A stretch of DNA of 64,000 bases from Coprothermobacterota bacterium (GTDB lineage Bacteria; Coprothermobacterota; Coprothermobacteria; Coprothermobacterales; Coprothermobacteraceae): assembly GCA_036679065.1 (NCBI GenBank), contig JAZIGN010000003.1, positions 416,001-480,000 of the forward strand, in the 5' to 3' direction. The notes below the pieces were generated by a model. It had not been told where the DNA came from, ran no database searches, and worked only from the letters and a program-made list of their open reading frames with translations. A program made the translations under genes and the position numbers. This document shows, one piece after another, positions 1 through 9,802 of the stretch. Numbering within the stretch: position 1 is the stretch's first letter; each line of letters begins with the position of its first letter.

Positions 1-1813
1 TAAGGTTTAAAACACCGTTTATGGCTGCTTTCATGCCACTGGTGCCACTAGCTTCTTGTGGACGTCGTGGCGTGTTTAGCCAAACGTCAACGCCTGATAC
101 CATGGCTCTGGCTAAAGAAATGTCGTAGTTTTCCAAGAAGAACACTTTTCCGGCTAATCCTGGTTCCTTTGTCATCCGAAGAACTTGGCTCAGAAATTCT
201 TTGCCTGGCCCATCGTTTGGATGAGCTTTACCTGCAAATACCAGATAAACTGGTCTGCCCGGTGTGTTAAGGATTTTCTTGAGTCTTTCCAAATCACGGA
301 AAATCAAAATGGCGCGTTTGTAAGTAGCAAAACGTCTGCCAAAACCTATTATGAGGCTATTTTCATCAATTTCGGGTAACGGATCACTCAGATTAAGGCG
401 CTTGTTTCTACTCTGAATTTTATCCTTCATGAGCGATATAAAGTTCTTTTTTGCTTTTAAATGCGCTTCCCACAAATCGGCGTCCGAAATACGCTCAACG
501 CCGTACCACATGCCTTCCAAATCTGTGTGTTCACGCCATACCCTGCTGAGTGCACGGTCATAGATTCTGGAAAACTCTGAGCAAATCCATGTTAATGTAT
601 GGACTCCGTTCGTAATGCCCTCTATGGGTACTTCTTCCAACGTGTAACCTTTCCAAAGATTGCGGAACATTTCTCTGGACACACGTGCATGCAACTGACT
701 CACACCATTGACGTAGGCGGAAGTGCGTATGGCCAAAACTGTCATGTTCAGCTCACCAGAATCTTCTGTTTCTTTGCCCAAACTTAGAAATTTATCCGCT
801 GGCAAACCTTCAAAAAATGATCTAAAACGACCATAGATAAAGTCCACTGGAAACTTATCATGACCAGCCGGTACAGGTGTGTGGGTGGTAAAAACTGTAC
901 TTTCCTTGACCACTTCCAGTGATTCCTCAAAAGACAAGCCCTTCTGCATAAGGTCTTTTATGCGTTCAAAAGCTGCAAATGCTGGATGCCCTTCATTAAG
1001 ATGAACTAATCCGGGTTCTATATTCAGCTCTTTGAGAAGTCTTATGCCCCCTACACCCAGCAGTATTTCTTGTGCAACTCGTATGTCCATACCCGGATTG
1101 TAGAGGTAATCACATATAAGCCTGTACTCAGGAGGAGTTTCTGGTGTATCTGGATCTAAAAGGTAAAGCTTAACGCGTCCTACGTCAGCTTGAAAAACTC
1201 TGGCTGTAATCATTTGGTCATCCAGAGGGACTTGGACTAATACAGGTTTGCCTTCTGCATCAAGCAAAGGTGTAATGGGTAAGTCTTCCGGACTGTATTG
1301 AGGAAACAATTCTTGTTGCGTAAGATCGGAGCTGATTTCTTGCACAAAATAACCGTGTTTGTACAGAAGCCCAACGGCAATTAGTGGTATTCCTAAATCG
1401 CTGGCAGACTTTAGGTGGTCGCCCGCAAGAATACCTAAGCCCCCTGAATAAATAGGCAGTGCTTCACTTATTCCATATTCCATGCACATGTAAACAAACT
1501 TTGTGTCCCAGTTGGGGTAATTAGCATTGAACCATGTGTTGCTCTCCTTCATGTAACTGTGGAATCTTTCTGTGACCAATTCATACAGGGACAAAAAGTC
1601 TTCGTCTTTTGAAAGCTCTTCAAGCCTTTCGCTGGGTGTTTCTAAAAGGAGCTTAACAGGGTTTTGGTAAGCCTTCCAGAGATCAGGGTCTATTTTGCTC
1701 CAAAGTTTCATGGCAGAACGTGACCACGTGTGCCAAAAGTTATATGCTACAGCTGCCAGGTCTTTAAGATTTTCTGGCAACTTTTTTTCAATGTTATCTT
1801 TTGTCGTAAGCAC
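1..1813 (-). CDS. glgP: Alpha-glucan (glycogen) phosphorylase, 3' end outside window
   Basis: Not in ORF track. Manual translation from GTG 1813 (SD AGGAGG upstream) gives MEYGISEALPIYSGGLGILAGDHLKSASDLG and DVWLNTPRRPQEASGTSGMKAAING, the PLP-lysine motif; frame runs off the edge. Confidence 0.95.
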   Translation of the reverse strand, partial: MLTTKDNIEKKLPENLKDLAAVAYNFWHTWSRSAMKLWSKIDPDLWKAYQNPVKLLLETPSERLEELSKDEDFLSLYELVTERFHSYMKESNTWFNANYPNWDTKFVYMCMEYGISEALPIYSGGLGILAGDHLKSASDLGIPLIAVGLLYKHGYFVQEISSDLTQQELFPQYSPEDLPITPLLDAEGKPVLVQVPLDDQMITARVFQADVGRVKLYLLDPDTPETPPEYRLICDYLYNPGMDIRVAQEILLGVGGIRLLKELNIEPGLVHLNEGHPAFAAFERIKDLMQKGLSFEESLEVVKESTVFTTHTPVPAGHDKFPVDFIYGRFRSFFEGLPADKFLSLGKETEDSGELNMTVLAIRTSAYVNGVSQLHARVSREMFRNLWKGYTLEEVPIEGITNGVHTLTWICSEFSRIYDRALSRVWREHTDLEGMWYGVERISDADLWEAHLKAKKNFISLMKDKIQSRNKRLNLSDPLPEIDENSLIIGFGRRFATYKRAILIFRDLERLKKILNTPGRPVYLVFAGKAHPNDGPGKEFLSQVLRMTKEPGLAGKVFFLENYDISLARAMVSGVDVWLNTPRRPQEASGTSGMKAAINGVLNL

Positions 1814-1920
1814 TAAAGCTACCTCCTTTTGCCTCTTAACTTCAAACTTATAACACTCTATTATAACCAAACAAAATCCAATCTAAGGCTTAGTCAATGC
1901 TTTCCCAAAAAACCTGCTTG

Positions 1921-2784
1921 CTAGGTTTTCTCTATTGGCTTATTTAGTACGGCTACTAACATCTTAACAAAGTACTCTTTGGTTAGGCTCCATTTAGCTA
2001 AGAACGATAAACTTTTACGTAGGGGAACTTCTTTGTAGTACACGCACCTGAATGGAGAACTTTTTATCCACTGGCGGAACTTTTTGATGGTCATCTTATT
2101 AATGTAGGAAATGTAAGGCTTTCCGGTATTATCAACGGAAAAACGTAGCTTAATCCGATCCTCAGCGTCGGGTAGTCCTTTGGCAAGGTCTTTATAAACA
2201 TTTATGAGCGTTTGCTCGTCAAAAAACACGTGTACCCAAGGGACACCAATCAAGTCACTCAAATGTGCTCCGTAGGGATGGTAATAAGGTGGAGAATTCA
2301 CATATAACATACCGCCAGGCTTTAAAACTCTATAACACTCTAGGAGAACGTTTTGAGGCTGTGACGCATGCTCCATGAAGTCGTTCATGATTATGGTGTC
2401 GAAGGTGTTCTCAGAAAAGGGCAAGGTTGCTGCATCCGCAATAACAAAGTGAAACTTGTCCTCAACACCTTTGCTCTTAGCGAGTCTCTCTGCCTGTTCT
2501 TTGTATTTTTCAACCTTGTCTACTCCGTAAATCTCTTTTACTCCGCAAGTGGCATAAAATACTGTTTTGCCTGCGGCTCCACACCCAATGTCCAGCACTG
2601 TTTTGTCTTTAAAAAGTTGGTCCAAGTCAGTAAAATCTAAGAAATATTGCAGAGTGCTTAAACCTTTTTCAAATTCCCAGTCGGCATAAGTTTTTACACC
2701 ATCTTTTTGCAGGTTAAAAGGATGAACAGGTAGTGGAAACAGTTTGTTCATGCTTTTTAGTAATGCTTCTTTAAAGCTACCCAT
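1921..2784 (-). CDS. Class I SAM-dependent methyltransferase
   Basis: VLDIGCGAAG motif I, DAATLPF, RVLKPGG. Confidence 0.9.
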   Translation of the reverse strand: MGSFKEALLKSMNKLFPLPVHPFNLQKDGVKTYADWEFEKGLSTLQYFLDFTDLDQLFKDKTVLDIGCGAAGKTVFYATCGVKEIYGVDKVEKYKEQAERLAKSKGVEDKFHFVIADAATLPFSENTFDTIIMNDFMEHASQPQNVLLECYRVLKPGGMLYVNSPPYYHPYGAHLSDLIGVPWVHVFFDEQTLINVYKDLAKGLPDAEDRIKLRFSVDNTGKPYISYINKMTIKKFRQWIKSSPFRCVYYKEVPLRKSLSFLAKWSLTKEYFVKMLVAVLNKPIEKT

Positions 2785-2906
2785 ATCTTTTCGGAAACCT
2801 CATCATAGCCATTTTACCATTGTAGGAATCCCTAGTTGTGTCGATGTGCTTTATGAAGTACTGTGCATTAAGCACTTTTATATCTTCGGTGATATATAAT
2901 GGGCTC

Positions 2907-4736
2907 ATGAAAACAAGAATAACCCTATGGCTCCTAGTTTTTCTGTGTTTCGGAGTTTTCTTTCAGTGTGTTAGTGTTTTCTTGTTACCGAGCTCTGTAG
3001 CCGCTGTTACTTTTGAGCTTCCGGAGAGAACCTTCTCTATGGTTGTAGAAGAAGACGGCTCTGCTCTGGTAGAGGAAACTGTAACATGGCTATTAAAGGA
3101 TCCTTTTAGATATGTTACTTGGCGTGTAGAATACCCAAGCGAGGTAGACATAGAAGATCTGCAAGTTGCTGTTTTGCAGGGGCCAAACCTAACACCTGAA
3201 ATCAACTATGTCATGAATAGACACAATGTGGTCTCTCTGGAACTGTGGTTCGCACCAAGAAGTCCTAGTTCTAGTGGGCAGGGCGTGTATGTAAATGTTC
3301 CTAAAGAAGGACAGATTGTTCAAGTAAAATTCTCGTACTACCTCCGTAACATAATGATGGAATGCAATGATTTTTCGCAGTTATTTGTAAAGTTCATAGG
3401 CGAAGGTACTGCAGTGAAGACTGATAAACTGGTGGTAATGATTGCATTTCCATCAGTATTTGGTGAACCCTCCTCCGTATATGTGCATCCCTTGGGGTTA
3501 AAAAAGGAAGTTACTAAGGGATTGCAAAATGAGAGGTATGTGTTCCACTACGTATTTGAGCAGGTACCTTCTAACACTTACGTGGAAGGTCGTTTTGTCT
3601 TTCCAAGACTGCTTGGCACAGGCACAAATTACAAGAACAGTGTTCTTTCTTTGGCAGACGTGGAGGAAATTGAAAGAGAGTACACAAGTATTTACCAAAG
3701 GACTAAAATGCTTGGTTTGTTCTACCCCATACTGCTTTTTGTAATCTTCTTAGGTATCTACCTTTTATACGGCAGGGAACGAAAAATAGCATATGATGCA
3801 CTGTATGAACGTGATTTGCCTACGCAAGACCCCCCAGAGCTTGTCAATGCAATTGTCAGTAGGGTTTGCCGGGAGCCTGATAATGATGGTTTTTCTGCTG
3901 CTGTGCTGGACATGGTGCGTAAAGGACATTTGTCGTTCATAGAAAAGTCGGGTGAAGTGGTAGGGCTGAAGCTAATAGACGATGATACAAGCCGCCCCTA
4001 TCTTAGCGGAGCTTTGGAAGCTATCGCAAACAAAGAAGGAGAGATAATTTTTTCTCGTCTGGAGAAAACCTTTAAGAAGAAAAGCTTAGTAGACAAGTTT
4101 TGGGATAATCTAACGAAATGGGAGGAAAGCGTTACTGTCTTGGCGCAGAAACGTAAGTACTTCAATAGCACAGGAAACACCATAGCGAAAACGGTGGCAG
4201 TGGTAGGCGGCATAGCTCTGCCTATTATAATGCTTACTGCTTCTACGAACACTGATTTCCCTCTAATGGATGCAAGAACCTTCATGATGGCAGGAATGGG
4301 TGTAAGCTTTATCATGGCGCTTATAGTACTTTTCATGAACCGAGCAGTGTTCTCTCATTGGACGGAAGAAGGATTGTTGTACGTTAAGCAGTGGCAAGCT
4401 TTACGGAGATACTTGACAGACTTCACTTTGCTTTCTCAGAACCCACCGCAGGCCTTGGCTATGTGGGACGAACTGCTGGTGTATGGTACGGCTTTGGGCG
4501 TTGCCAAACAGACCCTTAAAAACTTGCGTCAGCTCTATCCCACTGCGCCACCTGAAACTCCAGTAGCAGGGACTCTCTATGTTAGACCCTTCATCGTTGA
4601 TAAGTTGAACGGGATACCCACTACTGCACTTCTGAGTATGGGCGGTGGTAAGAGTGGAATTAGAGGAGGAGGCGGTTTTGGCTCTGGAGCTAGTGTGGGT
4701 GGGGGTGCCGGCGGAAGTTCTGTGGGAGCTGGTTAG
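2907..4736 (+). CDS. DUF2207-family membrane protein
   Basis: Signal-like N-terminus from ATG 2907, large extracytoplasmic domain, TM helices, WDELLVYGTALGVA, Gly-rich C-terminal tail. Confidence 0.8.
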   Translation: MKTRITLWLLVFLCFGVFFQCVSVFLLPSSVAAVTFELPERTFSMVVEEDGSALVEETVTWLLKDPFRYVTWRVEYPSEVDIEDLQVAVLQGPNLTPEINYVMNRHNVVSLELWFAPRSPSSSGQGVYVNVPKEGQIVQVKFSYYLRNIMMECNDFSQLFVKFIGEGTAVKTDKLVVMIAFPSVFGEPSSVYVHPLGLKKEVTKGLQNERYVFHYVFEQVPSNTYVEGRFVFPRLLGTGTNYKNSVLSLADVEEIEREYTSIYQRTKMLGLFYPILLFVIFLGIYLLYGRERKIAYDALYERDLPTQDPPELVNAIVSRVCREPDNDGFSAAVLDMVRKGHLSFIEKSGEVVGLKLIDDDTSRPYLSGALEAIANKEGEIIFSRLEKTFKKKSLVDKFWDNLTKWEESVTVLAQKRKYFNSTGNTIAKTVAVVGGIALPIIMLTASTNTDFPLMDARTFMMAGMGVSFIMALIVLFMNRAVFSHWTEEGLLYVKQWQALRRYLTDFTLLSQNPPQALAMWDELLVYGTALGVAKQTLKNLRQLYPTAPPETPVAGTLYVRPFIVDKLNGIPTTALLSMGGGKSGIRGGGGFGSGASVGGGAGGSSVGAG

Positions 4737-4818
4737 ACATTTTCTTTCACGAGGCAGCACTGGGAAACTGCACGTTTTTTTAAGTGACAGGGGATCACCT
4801 TAGTGTAGAATTCCCTTT

Positions 4819-5634
4819 ATGGATTCTATTATCACGTTTCTCATCTTGCTCGTGTTGGGCTATTTGCTAAAAATAATAGGGTTTTTATCACAAGCGGACG
4901 CTGATACTTTAAGAAAGTTTGTATTCAACGTATGCCTTCCTTGTATGGCGTTTCAAGCCATGTACAATAGCACGTTTAATAGCAGTTTCTTTCTTATTGC
5001 TGCGCTGGTTGGTTTGCTGCACATTGTGGGTTATGTGAGCTTTAGGTTGTCTAAAAAATCGCTTAAGGAGGTTGTTTTCGCTGGATGGGCTGGAAACACT
5101 GCCTTCATGGGTTACCCGGTAGTGGAGGGTCTATTGGGAGCAGAGGGACTTTCTCGTGCCGTGGTGTTTGACCAGAGTAATACTATAATGGTCATCCTGC
5201 TATGGCTGCAGAAAGGGATGAAAAGTGTTCTTAGTCCGCCTTTGGTAGGGGCTATGCTGGGACTACTACTGAAGTTTGTGCAGATTCCAACGCCATTCAT
5301 GGATGTCATTTCGATGTTGGCAAAAACAACCTCACCGCTAGCTATGATCTATACGGGTTACATCTTGACGCTAGAATGGGATTACAGAGTAATACCAGCA
5401 CTCTTGGTGAAATTCTTTATCTTACCAGCACTGGCTTGGGGATTTTCTTCACTTATGGGGCTACCACTCATTGATCAGAGCGTGGTGATACTACAGAGTA
5501 GCATGCCAACCATGGTGGTTTCTACCATTTATGGGGAACAAATGGGACTGGACACTAGTTTTATCTCCAAAGCTGTAGTGTTGAGCACGGTTTTGTACCC
5601 GCTATCTTTTGTCCTGTGGACAGGGTTGATTTAG
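4819..5634 (+). CDS. AEC (auxin efflux carrier)-family transporter
   Basis: Very hydrophobic; GNTAFMGYP, VKFFILP and SSMP motifs. Confidence 0.85.
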   Translation: MDSIITFLILLVLGYLLKIIGFLSQADADTLRKFVFNVCLPCMAFQAMYNSTFNSSFFLIAALVGLLHIVGYVSFRLSKKSLKEVVFAGWAGNTAFMGYPVVEGLLGAEGLSRAVVFDQSNTIMVILLWLQKGMKSVLSPPLVGAMLGLLLKFVQIPTPFMDVISMLAKTTSPLAMIYTGYILTLEWDYRVIPALLVKFFILPALAWGFSSLMGLPLIDQSVVILQSSMPTMVVSTIYGEQMGLDTSFISKAVVLSTVLYPLSFVLWTGLI

Positions 5635-5899
5635 GCTGTAACTTTTCAGTTGTCAGCGTGGTTAAAAGAATTACACTCTCTCTTTTTGTTAAGTTTTTGG
5701 CTGAGCTGTTAGAATAGTTTAATGAGGATTGCGTACTCATGTCATGGTGAATGGATATTTCAAAGAGCAGTGTTTCCAACCATGGCGTTATCAGTTGGTT
5801 TTTAAGAGTTGTTATTCTGTAGAAAGGGCTTGATACGAAATTCAGGTTTTGGTAGCATGCTTGAAGAATTTAAAGAAACGCTAACTAGTTGGAGTCATT

Positions 5900-6556
5900 A
5901 TGTTTAGTAGCGCTTGGATCGCAAATTTGGTGCTTGATTTGTTACTCATCGTGGAAGGTACTGGCATGCCCGGGGTTCCCTTTCAGCCGGCATTTTTTGC
6001 CGTGGCGATGTTCATAACCCAAGGGCAAGTTCCTTTTGTTCCGTGTTGGATTTTTGCCAGCCTTGCCAATCTTCTTGGAAACGTGCTTGGGTATCTAATA
6101 GGGAACAAACTTGGTGAGCCATTTGTGCTAAAGCTAAAATTCTTGCGACTAGAGCCAGAAGATATAGAGGATTTACGTAGCCTTGCTAACAAGTATGGAC
6201 CATGGGTTGTAGTTATTTCAAGGTGGTTTGGTCCCATCAGAACACCAACCATATTGTTAGCTGGTACTTTGGGTATGAACTTACCTGTTTATACGCTGTT
6301 TTCTTCCATGGGAGCGTTTAGCTGGAATTTCGCTTGGCTTTGGGCGACTTGGCAGGGGTCAAAACTATTGCTTACCATTCTTGGCGCAAACGCTAGCCAG
6401 AATTGGCTCATCGCCATGCTGATTGGTTGGGGTCTGGCTTTTGCAAGTCTGACGGTGGTTATGGGAGCCTGGCACAGGTACAAGAACAACCGTGACTCAT
6501 CTGAAGAAGATGTGAACGATAATGTTGATAACCACAGTGAGCAACACGCTAAGTAG
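5900..6556 (+). CDS. DedA-family membrane protein
   Basis: VEGTGMPGVP, GNVLGYLIG, ISRWFGPIR, LAG..GM pattern. Confidence 0.85.
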   Translation: MFSSAWIANLVLDLLLIVEGTGMPGVPFQPAFFAVAMFITQGQVPFVPCWIFASLANLLGNVLGYLIGNKLGEPFVLKLKFLRLEPEDIEDLRSLANKYGPWVVVISRWFGPIRTPTILLAGTLGMNLPVYTLFSSMGAFSWNFAWLWATWQGSKLLLTILGANASQNWLIAMLIGWGLAFASLTVVMGAWHRYKNNRDSSEEDVNDNVDNHSEQHAK

Positions 6557-6733
6557 TAAGAAACTGACTATGGGGGCATAGAAGACAAAGTTGTCTTTCT
6601 TGATATAAATGTCACCAGGAAGCCTGCCGAAGGGAATCCCCTTTATGTTAAGGGACGACAGTGCCCATAGAATTGCACCTAGAATCATTAGGCAGATGCC
6701 GAAGATGACTAAGGTTTTTCCGAGTTGGCTCAT
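6497..6733 (-). CDS. DUF2905-family small membrane protein
   Basis: GRLPGDIYIK between two TM helices; start 6733 (SD) or 6742. Confidence 0.85.
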   Translation of the reverse strand: MSQLGKTLVIFGICLMILGAILWALSSLNIKGIPFGRLPGDIYIKKDNFVFYAPIVSFLLLSVLLTVVINIIVHIFFR

Positions 6734-6738
6734 ACCAG

Positions 6739-7284
6739 TCATCCCTCCTTAGCAGATGTATTCGGAATGAGTTGCTTTAGTACTTTGGTTATTGGGTAAG
6801 CAACAGTATAGGCAGCTATGGCTTTAAGAAGGTCCATTAACAGTAATGGGAGCATACCCCATAGGATGACCCTAAAAGGTGTGTTCGATATAAAGCTTAG
6901 CTGTAATACTCCTGCAGTATAGGTAATGCATAGCCCAACAGTAATACCTACCCAATATCCGTATGTATCAAATCTTTTGTGCATCCAGCTTATCAAGTAC
7001 GAACAGAAAGGGAAAGACAGTAAGAAGCCGCCTGTTTTACCCATCAGAATACCAATCCCCGAACTCCCACCTGCAAAAACAGGTAAACCAAGAGCTCCTA
7101 GCAGGATGTACATTAGGACTGTCATCAGGCTTTGGCGTGGTGGCATTAGTACGGATAAGAAAAATATCGCAAATACCTGAAGTGTAAAGGGTACAGGAAA
7201 AACTGGTAGTGGCAAAGAGATTTGAGCAGCTACACACAAAAAAGCTGTACCTAGGGCTATGTGCGTCAGATCAGATGTTTTCAT
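6739..7284 (-). CDS. bioY: Biotin transporter BioY (ECF S-component)
   Basis: PVPFTLQ, GLPVFAGG, GKTGGFL motifs. Confidence 0.92.
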   Translation of the reverse strand: MKTSDLTHIALGTAFLCVAAQISLPLPVFPVPFTLQVFAIFFLSVLMPPRQSLMTVLMYILLGALGLPVFAGGSSGIGILMGKTGGFLLSFPFCSYLISWMHKRFDTYGYWVGITVGLCITYTAGVLQLSFISNTPFRVILWGMLPLLLMDLLKAIAAYTVAYPITKVLKQLIPNTSAKEG

Positions 7285-7409
7285 ACGATAGCTCCCTCCG
7301 ATTTTTCTCCGCTTAGCATTATATCAGTAGAAATTGAGTTTGATTTGTTGGGTTTTAAACTAAAATGAACTTGTACTACCTGTATTACCTAGAGAGTGGG
7401 GTGGTAGCA

Positions 7410-8057
7410 TTGTTTACCTCAAGAACAGACGCCGCTCAAAAGTTGGCAGATATCCTTTCTGAGTACAAGAGCAGAGACCAAACCATTGTACTTGGCATAT
7501 TACGTGGAGGTGCTGTGCTGGCTCAGACGCTAAGTAGGTGTCTTGGTTTGCCCTGGGACGTACTGGGCATAAAGAAGATAGGTGCTCCTTTTGATCCAGA
7601 ATTGGCTGTCGGGGCTGTTGCGCCTGACGGAATCATATACGTGGACCGGTGGATAAAAGAGCATTATGGAGTCAGCGATGATTACATTGAAGGCACAAAG
7701 GCGAGGAAATTAGTCGAGCTGCGTGATCAACTAAATTACATTAGGGGCTCCTCCAGCTACGAGAACTTGAATAGTATGATCGTTATTGTCACAGACGATG
7801 GCGTGGCAACTGGCGCTACCATGAAAGCCGCGATTAGCTTTGTGAAGAACAACAATGCTCAAAAGATAGTGGTTGCCGTACCGGTTATCTCACCGGAAAC
7901 CTTTGAAGAATTAAGAGGTCTTGCGGATGAGGTTAAGGCTCTGTTGATTCCAGAAGATTTCATGGCAGTGGGCCAATTTTATTTGAATTTTCAACAGGTT
8001 ACTGATGACGAGGTCGCCAAGCTTTATCGCAGCATAAAAGGAGAGAACATTTCTTAA
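7410..8057 (+). CDS. Phosphoribosyltransferase-family protein
   Basis: VTDDGVATGATM PRPP loop, KKIGAPFDPELAVGA, FMAVGQFY; TTG start inferred. Confidence 0.88.
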   Translation: MFTSRTDAAQKLADILSEYKSRDQTIVLGILRGGAVLAQTLSRCLGLPWDVLGIKKIGAPFDPELAVGAVAPDGIIYVDRWIKEHYGVSDDYIEGTKARKLVELRDQLNYIRGSSSYENLNSMIVIVTDDGVATGATMKAAISFVKNNNAQKIVVAVPVISPETFEELRGLADEVKALLIPEDFMAVGQFYLNFQQVTDDEVAKLYRSIKGENIS

Positions 8058-8186
8058 GTGCTAGGCGTTCGGAATGCAACCTGTGGAATATGGCTGATTA
8101 TTCACGGGATATTGAATTATACTTAACTTGATGGACGTTTGTGCAAGGAGATCTTTTAAAAAAGTGTTCTTAGGAGGTCGGACAAT

Positions 8187-9128
8187 TTGAAAAAGAGAGC
8201 TTTAGTAACGGGTGGGGCAGGGTTCATAGGTAGTCATTTAGTAAAGAGGCTTGTTGCAGAAGGAGCTGAGGTAGTCGTCATAGACGATTTATCCATGGGC
8301 GATGCATCAAAGGTGGATTCGGGAGCTCAACTCATAGCTTTAGATGTTAGAAGTTTGGAAGCTAGCCGCTTGATAAAGGATTTTAAGCCGGATGTAGTAT
8401 TTCATCTGGCAGCTCAAATAAACCTTCGGAGAAGCCTTCAGCAGCCGTTGGAGGATGCTTCCATAAACATTCTGGGTAGCATAAATGTCATGCAGAGCTT
8501 ACTGGAAAGTGCTGAAGACATAAGCAAGGTCAAGTTTGTTTTTTCTTCCACTGGGGGTGCTATTTACGGCGATGTGGATATTTTGCCTACGCCAGAAACC
8601 GTTGAGCCTAATCCTTTATCGCCCTATGGTGTGGCTAAGTTTTCTGTGGAGAAGTACCTTTATTATTACCATATGGTGCATGGTTTGCCCTACGTGGCCC
8701 TCCGTTACAGCAATGTGTATGGACCTGGGCAAAGTACGAAGGGTGAAGCTGGCGTAGTTGCAATTTTCTTAGAAAAAATGCTTGCTGGCGAAACCCCCGT
8801 AATTAACGGAGACGGAACTCAAACCAGAGATTTTGTGTTTGTTGAAGATGTGGTGGATGCTAACATAAAGGCAGCTTGTAGCGATGCAGTGGGTGTGTTT
8901 AACATTGGTACTGGCAGGGAAAGCAGTGTGCTAGACATATTTAGGCTACTCAAGCAGTACGTGGGGAAAGACTTCCCAGAGGTTCATGGCCCTGCCATAC
9001 CAGGGGAACTACAAAGAAGTTGTTTGGACTACGGGAAAGCAAAAGATGTGCTTGGTTGGGAACCAAGGGTCGATTTGGAAGAGGGGCTTGAAATAACCGC
9101 TCAGGCTTTCGCTGAAGAACACAAGTAA
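8187..9128 (+). CDS. NAD-dependent epimerase/dehydratase (GalE-like)
   Basis: TGGAGFIG, SSTGGAIYG, YGVAK, NVYGP. Confidence 0.92.
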   Translation: MKKRALVTGGAGFIGSHLVKRLVAEGAEVVVIDDLSMGDASKVDSGAQLIALDVRSLEASRLIKDFKPDVVFHLAAQINLRRSLQQPLEDASINILGSINVMQSLLESAEDISKVKFVFSSTGGAIYGDVDILPTPETVEPNPLSPYGVAKFSVEKYLYYYHMVHGLPYVALRYSNVYGPGQSTKGEAGVVAIFLEKMLAGETPVINGDGTQTRDFVFVEDVVDANIKAACSDAVGVFNIGTGRESSVLDIFRLLKQYVGKDFPEVHGPAIPGELQRSCLDYGKAKDVLGWEPRVDLEEGLEITAQAFAEEHK

Positions 9129-9168
9129 AGATCGATTGCTTCTTGATTTGGAGGAGGGATAGTTAGAG

Positions 9169-9375
9169 ATGGTAGCATCTGAGAGGTTTCTTTTGTTCCA
9201 CGGATTCACTGAGGAAGAACTTCACGTTTTAATAAAGACCTGCAAGACACTCTTTCCCGACAAAGATTTGGTTTTCGCTGTAACTACTGAGACGAACATG
9301 CAGTGGAAGGTTTCTGAGCTTATTGAAGAAGTACTTAAGGAACATGAATACATGAAACAGCAAAAGGGGGTGTGA
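9169..9375 (+). CDS. Small protein, DUF3783-like
   Basis: SD GGAGG; FAVTTETNMQWKVSELIEEVLKEHEYM pattern. Confidence 0.7.
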   Translation: MVASERFLLFHGFTEEELHVLIKTCKTLFPDKDLVFAVTTETNMQWKVSELIEEVLKEHEYMKQQKGV

Positions 9376-9378
9376 GAT

Positions 9379-9738
9379 TTGGCTGGGACTGTATTGCTTA
9401 TATTGGTAATTGCAGTGGTTGCCGTAGTGTTTGGTATGCAGAACACTACTCCACTCACAATAAGTTTTCTGTTTTGGAGTTTTCAGGGATCAGCAGCTCT
9501 GATTTTGGTTATTTCTATGCTCCTTGGTGTCATATTGGGTGTTTTGCTCGTCATGCCTAGTTTCAATGCTCGTGGGCGCACAGTGAAGAACCTGCGAGAT
9601 GAGATAAAGCAGTTGCAGGACGAGAAATCAAAACTGCAGGAGGACCTGAATCTGACAAAGGACCTGCTAAAAACAGTTAGGCCTGAAACCAAAGCCAACA
9701 ATGAGAACGAACAGAAAGGAGAAGGTCAACCAGAGTAA
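9379..9738 (+). CDS. LapA/DUF1049-family membrane protein
   Basis: FGMQN..PLTISFLFW, two TM helices, C-terminal coiled coil. Confidence 0.8.
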   Translation: MAGTVLLILVIAVVAVVFGMQNTTPLTISFLFWSFQGSAALILVISMLLGVILGVLLVMPSFNARGRTVKNLRDEIKQLQDEKSKLQEDLNLTKDLLKTVRPETKANNENEQKGEGQPE

Positions 9739-9802
9739 AGCGGTAGTTTATAATATTAAAGAAATGCTATTAACATTGAATTAAACTTCTTAGGAGGCTG
9801 AT

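Noticed and set aside
58..787. Short plus-strand ORFs at the window start
   Set aside because: Antisense shadows of glgP. The same applies to most 60-150 aa track ORFs nested within or opposite recognised genes.
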